A stretch of 64,000 nucleotides of DNA from Azolla caroliniana (lineage: Eukaryota > Plantae > Polypodiophyta): NCBI GenBank assembly GCA_043228905.1, contig JBHGNT010000018.1, forward strand, positions 6,882,001 to 6,946,000, in the 5' to 3' direction. This document shows positions 50,232-59,949 of the stretch, one piece after another. The position numbers and the translations under genes are program-made. Numbering within the stretch: position 1 is the first letter of the stretch; each line of letters opens with the position of its first letter. Under the pieces are notes generated by a model. The model had not been told where the DNA came from. It made no database searches and saw only the letters and a list, made by a program, of their open reading frames with translations.

Positions 50232-52067
50232 TCATCTTGGATCTTTTCAAAATCGTGCATTGGACAAATTCGAAGGCTGGTTAGGAATTTTATATGGGTT
50301 GGGGAAGATAAGAGTCATGTAAGAGCGAAGGTGGCTTGGAGTACATTGATAACCCCAAAACAATACGGTGGTTTGGGGATTATAGATCCATTAGACCAAT
50401 GCATGGCCTTGTTAGCAAAACTAATAATTCGTGGCCTTTTACCAGGACATGCTCCTTGGAAGCAATTACTTATGCAAAGATTGTATAGTTGTGCTCCGTC
50501 GATGGGTGGATTATGGGCTGATAGCATAAGGTGGATTTTTATACCAGACAAGAAACATGTTATGTCTAGGAATTGGGAAGACAAATTTTTTAATGGTCTT
50601 CTACGAGCATGGGAGCATGTACATAAAGGGTTGGAACATGGTGTACCAACATGTGAGGAGGAATACTTGAGACAAAACTTAGTGTGGAATCCGAATATGC
50701 GTTTGCCATCAGGGCACATGTTGGGGTCCCGAACGCGATTGGATTGGGCCAAGCTCGATGTAGGGCCAGGAGCGTCCGTTGATGCATGGAAATCATTTCA
50801 TACTCTGAATATAAATGACAGATCAGAATTCTTGTCTTCCTTGAGAGGGGGGCTGATTATGTGGGACCAAGTGCAGTCAGTTTTGGGGCACTCTGACGTT
50901 ACAATATGGTCCTTTAACCCTCCCAAGTGGGAAGGAGCATTTACGAGGCTTCAAGTGCTAGTGGGGGTAAGGGGACATTTGTCTTGCGGACGATGTCAAG
51001 ACTATGAGGTGGAGGAAGATGGTAGTATAAGTAGTGCAACGATACAAACAGAGATCTTGCAATATGCTACATTTTCTAAAATAAGGGTCCTTGCTTATGA
51101 CGGATCTAAGTGGCTCATCAACCCACAAGTTGAGGCGGTCAAGGAGCATTGGAAACTGAGAGTTTTTGAAAAGAAACCTTTGATAAGGTTGCAATGGGAT
51201 CCGGGAGAATTTTGGTGGAAAGATCCGTTTGATCGTATGGGAAAAAGGTATGGTTTTTTTCAGTATTCAGTTAAGATGGGACGACACATTTTGGCAGCTC
51301 AACGTAGGACTACACCACGAGCTAGTCAATTTTGGAACCACCAAGGGATCACATCGGAATTCCTAACAAAGTTTTGGGGAACATTATGGAAAAGGAAGCA
51401 AGATATGAAAATAAATGTCTTCCAATGGTTAGTAATACATAGAGCATTGCCAATTGGCCAATGGTTGCAACAATCAGCTGCACCGACCGCATGCATCTAT
51501 TGTTGTTGTCAGATGGAGACATTGAAACATTGCTTGTGGGAATGTCATGCTGCACAGCAAGTTTGGAGGCGAGTGTTCCGAGTTCTTGCCTTTATGTTTA
51601 GGGATTGCAGTTTTTCGTGGGGTATGGTAGTATGGGCCACAGTGGCACAAGTGGTGTGGCCATATGATGCATGCCCAAATGACACGATTATTAGAATTCA
51701 AAGAGGAATGATAATGGCGGCGCAACAAAGTCAAATGGAGGCTCCTTACATGTTAAAGACAATGCAAGAGGTATGGGAGCTACTATGCACCACCACAATG
51801 TGGTTTATTTGGACTGCTAGGTGTTCTAAGGTGTTTGGTAATACTACTATTCATCCAGTGGAAAGTACACGGAATGTCTGGATGGAGATGGTACATACCT
51901 TGAAAGGACAGTATGAGGATATTAAAGGTGAGACAGATGTTGCAGTGTTGCAACGTCTCGAATTTATTGTCTATTGGAAGAAGACCCCTTTTCTCACAAT
52001 ACAAAATTCAAGACCTAAATGGTGCTTAGCACCACCAGTATGGTTGTTCCCACCACCAATCACATAA
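50232..52067 (+). CDS. C-terminal part of LINE ORF2 (end of the RT region, linker, zf-RVT zinc finger)
   Basis: RNFIW..KVAWSTLITPKQYGGLGI; KINVFQWLVIHRALP..CIYCC..ETLKHCLWEC; MWFIWTARC; no stops. Confidence 0.85.
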   Translation, partial: SSWIFSKSCIGQIRRLVRNFIWVGEDKSHVRAKVAWSTLITPKQYGGLGIIDPLDQCMALLAKLIIRGLLPGHAPWKQLLMQRLYSCAPSMGGLWADSIRWIFIPDKKHVMSRNWEDKFFNGLLRAWEHVHKGLEHGVPTCEEEYLRQNLVWNPNMRLPSGHMLGSRTRLDWAKLDVGPGASVDAWKSFHTLNINDRSEFLSSLRGGLIMWDQVQSVLGHSDVTIWSFNPPKWEGAFTRLQVLVGVRGHLSCGRCQDYEVEEDGSISSATIQTEILQYATFSKIRVLAYDGSKWLINPQVEAVKEHWKLRVFEKKPLIRLQWDPGEFWWKDPFDRMGKRYGFFQYSVKMGRHILAAQRRTTPRASQFWNHQGITSEFLTKFWGTLWKRKQDMKINVFQWLVIHRALPIGQWLQQSAAPTACIYCCCQMETLKHCLWECHAAQQVWRRVFRVLAFMFRDCSFSWGMVVWATVAQVVWPYDACPNDTIIRIQRGMIMAAQQSQMEAPYMLKTMQEVWELLCTTTMWFIWTARCSKVFGNTTIHPVESTRNVWMEMVHTLKGQYEDIKGETDVAVLQRLEFIVYWKKTPFLTIQNSRPKWCLAPPVWLFPPPIT

Positions 52068-52220
52068 CTTGGTTAAGGAGTGGTGGAGTGTTGAGGGATG
52101 GGACCTAAGGAAGAATGCACCAGATCAATGGTAGCTTGATGGTAGGTCAATTTTTTGTAATGTTGTTCATAACTAATGAAAGGATATTTTTCCCGAAGAA
52201 AAAAAAAAAAAAAAAAAAAA
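50232..52220 (+). mobile_element. 5'-truncated L1-type LINE with poly(A) tail
   Basis: TSD CACATACATACA (50220-31/52221-32); A-tail of about 22 nt; open frame from 50232 to 52067. Confidence 0.9.
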
Positions 52221-52772
52221 CACATACATACAACCACGCAATACAAAACATACATATATATCCACATATATAGGACATATACACAAGCACATAACACATA
52301 CCCTACATATTCACATGCCATACAATATGTACATACATACACACATGCCATACATACTGATACAATATATACAATACAATATGTACATACATACATGCAT
52401 ACAACACATACATATATATACACATGCACATATATACAACATACACACATGCCATAAATATAATACATACATATGCAATTGTATAGAGCATACACATACA
52501 TACACACAAAGAACAATACATACATATCCATATGCATAAACACACACACACACACTTGTATAGAACATACATACATAGTACATACACAAGCTATAACGCT
52601 CTTTTTAAAATGCTAATTGTTTTAAAAAATGGGGGAAGAAAGGGGGGGAGATTACATATGCGTTGTGTTTTAGCAAAAAAAAGTGGGGGGGGAAAAGAAG
52701 AAGCTGAGAGAGAGAGGGAGGGAGAGAGAGAGATGCCATCCTTCCCATTTCTCTCCACACAAAAAGGAAGCT

Positions 52773-53160
52773 ATGGTTGAAGGAGGAGAAGATGTTCTTG
52801 CTTAGGTTGCTGCAGCCACATAATCAACACCTGCAGTCGGAGAGCCAATGGATATCCTAGCTGGGCTACATGAGGCAGCAAATGCTATTGAAAAACATGC
52901 AGCTGAGCTTTGTGTATTGGCTGAAGATTGCAACCAGCCTGATTACATGAAACTTGTACAAGCACTTTTGTTCAGAGCATAATGTTAACTTGATCTCTGT
53001 TCCTAGTGCCCGGAAGCTCGGTGAATGGGTTGGGCTTTGCAAGATTGCTTCAGCGGGGAATGCCAGGAAGGTTGTTGGTTGCTCATGTGTAGTTGTGAAG
53101 GATTATGGCGAGGAGACAGAGGGTCTCAATGTGGTCTGGGAGTATTTGAAAAGTCAGTGA
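52773..53160 (+). pseudogene. RPS12: Intronless 40S ribosomal protein S12 (eS12) pseudogene
   Basis: GEPMDIL../[79 protein letters not shown]; two early stops, an internal deletion and a +1 frameshift near 52968. Confidence 0.92.
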
Positions 53161-53510
53161 TTTTGAGGCTGAATGGCTTTCATCGGTGGTTTAGGGTTTC
53201 CTACATCATGCCCATGCTCTTGGTACACATCAAAATCCGCGGGTACCTTCGGTAGTTCCTGTTTTTCGGGTTTTTGTTTGGAGAGAACTGGACTATAGTG
53301 ATGAGTTAGAGGAGGATGATGATGATGCAGTGGATTCTTTTCTTCCTTTTATGAAATACTAGATTCCTTCTGCTTAGTTTGGTTCACTTTAATGCATATA
53401 CTTAAAACTAAAAGGTCATATTTTTATGGATCTTTTGATTCCTTTTGAAACTTAACATTAACACTCTTGTTGTTTCACAATGAGATAATCTAATGTCAAC
53501 CATTCATCAT

Positions 53511-53546
<36 letters not shown>

Positions 53547-56304
53547 CTACATGAGGTGATCGACCTCTTCAAAGTGGCCTTCCACTAGCAAACAAGGATG
53601 TGCAAGATGAGCTACAATAAGGCGGGAGTTTGTTTTCATCAGGATCTAGAACACTTTCTGAGGGTTCTTGGTTAAGTACCACATATAATTATAAGTTTTT
53701 AACCCTGTTCGTATGTGTATTTGCATATGCATGGTTGTGTTTGTATGCATATATGAATGCATGCACACATGCATTTGCAATATTCCCTCTTAATTTGTGT
53801 ATTTGCTATTGTCATTTCACAAGCAAGAAGAGCTCTTTTGGTCTTGCATAGCCTCATGTGGCTTCAAGAAGTGATTGACAACAGAGGGCAAATATTCCAA
53901 TGACAATCGGACAAGAGTTTGTTGTGATATTTTGTTTGCAACTATCGTTCTGATCTTCTTATTTTATTCGTACAACATATTAACCTTTGGTTTCATATTG
54001 TTACTATATAGGTGCTCAACTTACTGAATGAGGGTGCTCAACAAAGAAGAGGTAAAAAATGTGTTTTCATGTGTGTAGGTTTGCAAATGTCAGACTAGGT
54101 GTTCTTGAATTGAAAGCTTTGCGGATTCTACAACTTACTTACTCTATTTCTGTTGTAGAGAGATTAATGGCTATGGCTATGGAAGAGAAGATGTTTTATA
54201 GGTTAAAAGTATGATGTGTGAGTGGTTGTATTGTAGCAACTTAGGGCTCATGTTTCTTAGAGAAAAACTCAGTGTGTTGTTTCTAACATTGCAGTAACTT
54301 TATGTAGTAAGTTCTTGCTCAAGTTAAATGTTGTGAATTATTCTTGGATATCATATGATATTCTTGTTATGATATATGCTCTTTTAGATATATCGTTTTG
54401 CACTTCCATGAAGCCACAATATAAGCATTGTTATATAGACATGTTATAGAAGATGGAATGGAATGAAGATCGCCTTTAATGCTTAGTGCTTAGATGGTGA
54501 TCCTTCTTTGGAATGAAGATAGTGTGAAGACACATGCTCCACACTAACATACAAACAATTTTTTTAAAACAGAAATAAGAAAATATATTAAAAAAGTAGA
54601 AGCAAAAATTAATGTGTTGCAATTCAACTCATATATAAATAAACATGAAATACAATACAATACATATGTACGTAGATTGACCCATGCGTAATATACGTGG
54701 TATTTGACATCTGTAATATTTGCGATATTCAAGAATATAAAATGGCCTCGAGAATATTATAAAACCATTTGTTTACATATACATGTACACACATACATAT
54801 ATGATATATATATATATATATATCCATACGTACATATATGATATATACATATACACACATACATATATGTGTATACACACAAATATCACTCATATATGTA
54901 TATACACACATACATTAATAATTAATTAACTCACTAATATAATAATTAATTAATTCACTTAAACATTAATTGATTCACTATACATTAATTAATTTACTAA
55001 TACATATCTTAATTCATCAAAAAATTAATTAATTAATTGAAAAACATTAGTTAATTAGGGCTTAAACATTAGTTAATTAATTAATTAGGGCTTTTACTAA
55101 ACTTAGCTAAACTTAGGGTTTCAATGAAAGCCTGAGTTTGTAGTAGAGAACAAGATGTAGGATTAGAATAGAGCATGAGAGGGAGTCAAGGATGCGGGTT
55201 GAAAAGAAAAAAATATTGTCAAAATTAGGATTATGATAGAAATTAGGGTTTTTGGCCAAAACCCTAATTTCTTGGCCAAGAATAAGATGCAGAGGGAAGC
55301 GAGGGCAACACGCATAGGGAGTAGGGTGAGGCTTCCTCGCTCGTTGCTCGCTATTCGTTCACTCGCTCATAGGGAAAAAATAGTTTTTTATTTTTTATTT
55401 TTTTATAAAATATTCAAAAAAAAAAGAAAACGAATACATTTACATGCATTCGTATGAATTCATGGAGCAGGCCCCACAAATGTGAATATGTCAATCTATG
55501 CATATATACATACATATATTCACATGAAATACAATACATATATGTGAACATACATCCACATGCACATATGAACATACATGCACATACACACATCACACAT
55601 ATATACACACAACCCATACATAAAATATATACAACGTAAGCAATACAATACAATACATATATACATACATACATACACATTTAAAATATACGTGTGTTTT
55701 CTATGTGAGGGCATTTAAAATGAGTTGTTATAAAAATATATATTAACACTAAGGGATATTTTTATTAACCCTTTTTTTATAAAAGGGTATCTAAAATAGT
55801 ACAAAACATATGTATAAGGAGTTTATAAAAGATGTCGTGAACGCACGTGATACGACCTCTTTAAATATAATGAAGCCCCCGGGCGTACACATAAGCCTCA
55901 TTTGCTCCTCCATTTCTCCTAGTCGCCGCCTTTACGTCGGGTTTACCAAATGTGTCGGGGTAGTTGTGGTTCGTGCGGTGAAGTTGCAGGGACGAAGGTT
56001 AAGGGGAGTTGAAGGAACTTCAATTTTAATAAGGCTTGTATGGTGATGTTAGAAAGGTTAAGAGTAGCAAGAAGAAGAGTTACGAGTAATGTGTGAGAGA
56101 GAGAGACGAAAATAGATAGAAGATAGAGACAATATATGATTCAAGAAGCAAGATAGAGACAAAATATGATTCAAGAAGGAAGATTGAGACAAAGTATGAA
56201 TCAAGAAGCAGGAGTATTTGATATAAACATGATGTATATTAAAAAGACAATATTTTACCAACTTTACAATCCTTGATCGCAAACTTAACACATTCTCTAC
56301 CGAC

Positions 56305-56363
56305 CCTTGATTTGAACCCATGACCTCAACTCCGAGAGACAAGACACTTCCTCAAATGAGCTA
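56305..56363 (-). promoter_or_regulatory. tRNA-like A/B-box module downstream of the LTR TATA box (sense)
   Basis: TAGCTCATTTGAGG..GAGGTCATGGGTTCAAATC; 47-nt spacing. Confidence 0.55.
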
Positions 56364-56646
56364 GCTTCTTTGCTTGATAAATTGTTTAATTTCTTACTTT
56401 CTCTTCCTTGATTGATTACCCTAATTTCCCCTTGCCCCTCTTTATATAAGTGTTGCCATGCGTACGGTAATGTATGGGAGCATGGCATGCATGCAATGCA
56501 TGAGTTACATGTAATGCATGATCGCCATTTGGCGCACATGTATTGCACGTGATGCATGGTAGCCATCATGCTCACTTGAGCTCCCATGTATGAAAATAGA
56601 TATGGGATAAGTATAATGATGAAAATGCATTATAAAATAACTAACC

Positions 56647-56703
56647 TAGCTTAGTGGTGTATACTTTGTGTTTGGCATACAAGGTTGAGAGTTCAAGTCT
56701 CTC
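56647..56703 (+). promoter_or_regulatory. tRNA-like module with paired anticodon and T arms (loop TTTGGCA), antisense in U3
   Basis: TAGCTTAGTGG; stem TTGTG/TACAA; T arm GAGAG-TTCAAGT-CTCTC; 45-nt spacing. Confidence 0.78.
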
Positions 56704-56782
56704 AATTTTACTTAATACAATATATAGCTTCATTCTTATATCATGAAGCACATTTATTACACACTTTTACAAATAAATAGCC

Positions 56783-56839
56783 TAGCCTAGTGGTATGTAC
56801 ATTGTACTTTGTATATAAGGATGTGGGTTCAACTCTCTC
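56783..56839 (+). promoter_or_regulatory. Second tandem tRNA-like module (loop CTTTGTA), antisense in U3
   Basis: TAGCCTAGTGG; stem TTGTA/TATAA; GTGGGTTCAACTC; 45-nt spacing. Confidence 0.72.
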
Positions 56840-56901
56840 AAATATTATTAAATACAACATTTAAGCTCATTTTTATATCGTGAAGCACATTCTTCACGAC
56901 A

Positions 56902-59798
56902 GCGGTTCGAGCGAAAAACGGAGGAGAATACCGAGGGCAGTTCGAGGAGTACTGTTGGTTGAAGGGAATCCAGCTCGAATTCACCATGCCGAAGACGCCG
57001 GAATTGAACGGGTTGGCCGAACGGATGAACCGGACCGTGATGGAGAGAGTTCAGAACATGCTAGCATATGGAAAGTTACCCAAGATGTTTTAGGGTGAGG
57101 CGTTGACGACGGCGACCTACGTGATAAACAGATCACCCTCAATACCCTTGGGAGGAGACTCACCTCAGAAAGTATGGATCGGTAAAGATGTATCTTATCG
57201 GCATCTGAAGGTGTTCGGGTGTCTTGCATTTGTGCATGTGGCGAAGGACAAGAGAGCAAAGCTAGATCCGAATTCCAGGACATGCATATTCCTTGGATAT
57301 GGCGATGATGAGTTCGGTTACCGGGTGTGGAATCTGGTCGACAAGAAGGTGTTCCAGAGTCGGGACATAGTATTCATGGAAGATTGGACCATTGCCAACT
57401 AGGAGTCGGAGAAGAAGTTGATGAACTCCGGATCGTCCAATGAAAACCAGTTTGAGGACACACGGACATAACCGGTTGAAAACCGGATGTTAGTCGGTAA
57501 CTGGATGAAACTCGACGAACCGGCCGGATACGGACAAGAAACCGAACCGACAGAAGAAGAAGGAGGAGGAGGAGACACGGGAACCGAACAAGATCCCGAA
57601 TCAAATTCGGATGAGGAACAAACGGAGGAACCGGTAGTCAGAAACCAAGGACAGAGATATCCTCTTCGAGAGAGAAGAGCCCCCGAGAGATTTCCGGATG
57701 CAAAGCATGTGTTGCTAACCGATGAGGGGGAGTCAGAAAGCTTCGAAGAAGCAAAGAGAGATGCCCACAGCCGCAAGTGGTTGAGCGCCATGCAGGATGA
57801 GATGGATTCATTGCATGAGAACCACACATATGAACTGACGGAGGTTCCGAAAGGGAAGAGAGCACTCTGGAACAAGTGGGTGTACAAGCTGAAACCGGGA
57901 GATGTCGGAAATCGATCAAGGTATAAGGCCCGAATCATGGTGAAGGGCTTCCATCTGAAGAAAGGAGTGTACTTCGATGAGATCTTTGCCCCAGTAGTAA
58001 ACATGACATCCATCTGGACGGTATTGAGAATAGCGGCAAGCATGGACCTCGAGGTAGAGCAACTGGACGTTCCTACATGGCGACCTCGAAGAAGAGATCT
58101 GCATGCATCAACCAGAAGGATTTGAGAAGAAAGGGAAGGAGCACCTGGTGTGCCGGCTAAAGAAGAGCTTATACGGATTAAAGCAAGCCCCCCCGGCAAT
58201 GGTACCGGAAGTTCGACTCCTTCATGACCGACCAAGGGTACGACAAGATGTAGGCCAATCACTGCGTGTTTGTGAAGATATTTGATGGAGGAGATTTTCT
58301 GATACTCCTCCTATCTGTGGATGATATGTTGATTGTCGGACGAGACCAAGGCAAGATTCGGATGCTGAAGAAGGCTATGAACCGGAGTTGTTGTGGTTGT
58401 CACAAGAGAAGTACGTGACAAAGGTGCTTCAACGGTTCAACATGTCAGAGGCGAAACCGGTCAGATCGATACTTTCGGCAAATTGCAAGTTGTCTCGAAA
58501 GTAGAGCCCGAAGACAAAGGCAGAGAAGATGGATATGATGAAGATACCATATGCCTCTACCATCGGAAGCTTGATGTATGCGATGGTATGTACCTAGCCG
58601 GATATCAGATTTGCAGTCGGAGTGGTAAGCCGGTTCATGAGCAATCCCAGAAAAGAGCACTAAAACGTAGTCAAGTGGATACTCCGGTACTTGAAAGGTA
58701 CCTCGATTATGTGCCTCCGGTTTGGCTTCAGCAAACCCCAACTTGACGAATTCACGGATTCGGATATGTCGGCTGATGCGGATACCAGCCGGTCTACATC
58801 CGGATATGTCATGACTTATGCAGGGGGAGTTGTATCATGGCAGTCGAGGCTGCAAAAGATGGTTGCGTTGTCAACCACGGAGGCGAAGTACATGGCAGCT
58901 GTAGAAGCCGGCAAGGAGATAATCTGGATGAAGGACTTCATCAGAGAGATAGGGATCCAACAGGAGGAATACCGGCTCTACTACGATAGTCAAAGTGCCA
59001 TCCACCTTGCAAAGAATGTGGCCTACCATTCCCGGGCGAAACATATCCAGCGGAGGTACCACCGGATCCGGGAGAGAGTAGAAGATCAAGAGTTCGTGCT
59101 AACGAAGACCACACGGAGGAGAACGGGTCAAATATGTGACAACCGACAAGATGGACGCGTGCCGAAAATGGATCGGGTTGGTGAGACATGCTATGCCGGA
59201 GTGAAGGGGGAGATTGTTGGGAAATTGGTCCCTCCGGATGGGATCCGGTGATGAATGAAAAGGACCCGGTGAGAACCGGAAGAGATCCGGAAACCGGATC
59301 GGTTGGACCCGGTGAGAACCGGACGAGAAGACATATTTGTAAATATGTTTTGAGTAAGCCTATTGCGACTATATTTGTAAATAGCCCTAAGTTCATATAA
59401 GTATAAATATGACTTAGGGCAATCACTTTGTGTGATAATAGTGTTGTAGTCATATTGTTGTATGTGTATAACAGTGGCATATAGAAAGAGGAAGAGAGTG
59501 AGAGAGCGAGATACATAACGGTTTCTGTTGTAACTTCCGCTTGGCGAAGAAACAGAGCTCGAGGTCGTTGCCTCTGAGTTTCTGATTGTACCTTTCTCAT
59601 ATAGTGATAGTTCAGAGCCTGTGGGCTCCCGTGGGCTTTCCCTATTAGGGTTTTCCACATAAACATCATGTGTCCTCTCTATCGACTTGTGTGTGTACGT
59701 GCGTTCACTCCCTACTTCCCATTTCTATGTTTGATTCTCATTGAAGAAGTGTTCAAGACTCGGTTGTGGTCGAGCTATATTCCGCGTGATTCTGTACA
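56902..59798 (+). mobile_element. 5'-truncated Tnt1-like Ty1/copia (INT, RT, RNase H, 3' LTR 59215-59798)
   Basis: TYVINRSPS..HLKVFGC, YKARIMVKGF, WQSRLQKMVALSTTEA, YHSRAKHI; PPT GAAGGGGGAGAT; LTR TGTTGGG...TGTACA. Confidence 0.88.
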
Positions 59799-59949
59799 GT
59801 ATGATCATTAATGAAGGATACGAAGTATCGACTCTCACCAATGCTGACATTCTGTGCCGATCCCCAAACATTCGAATGGATGAGATCAAGCTTGTTTCAG
59901 CTCTAATTTCTCTCATTAGGGAATGGAAGTTGGTGTTGCTTCCCTAGTT

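Larger units (their letters stand above)
47538..55883. mobile_element. Putative non-autonomous TIR DNA transposon with CCCGGGGGCT termini and long CATA-rich low-complexity arms
   Basis: CCCGGGGGCT at 47538 and AGCCCCCGGG ending at 55883; further imperfect inverted match around CACGTG(A/C)GTTCA; it truncates LTR sequence on both sides; no transposase and no TSD. Confidence 0.6.
55884..56901 (-). mobile_element. Gypsy LTR (3' end truncated) with an internal duplication of about 136 bp and three tRNA-like modules
   Basis: Minus strand starts TGTCGTGAAG at 56901; TATATAAA(-) near 56445; CATG-rich block similar to 42935-43060; flank GCGG. Confidence 0.8.

Noticed and set aside
47757-50250. Many His/Tyr/Ile/Cys-rich ORFs (also 52073-52780 and 54729-55714)
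   Set aside because: They are translations of CATA/TATG low-complexity DNA on both strands.
3060-56839. Calling the tRNA-like modules functional tRNA genes
   Set aside because: No acceptor stems were found and most D and T stems pair only partly, so they are reported as promoter-like mimics.
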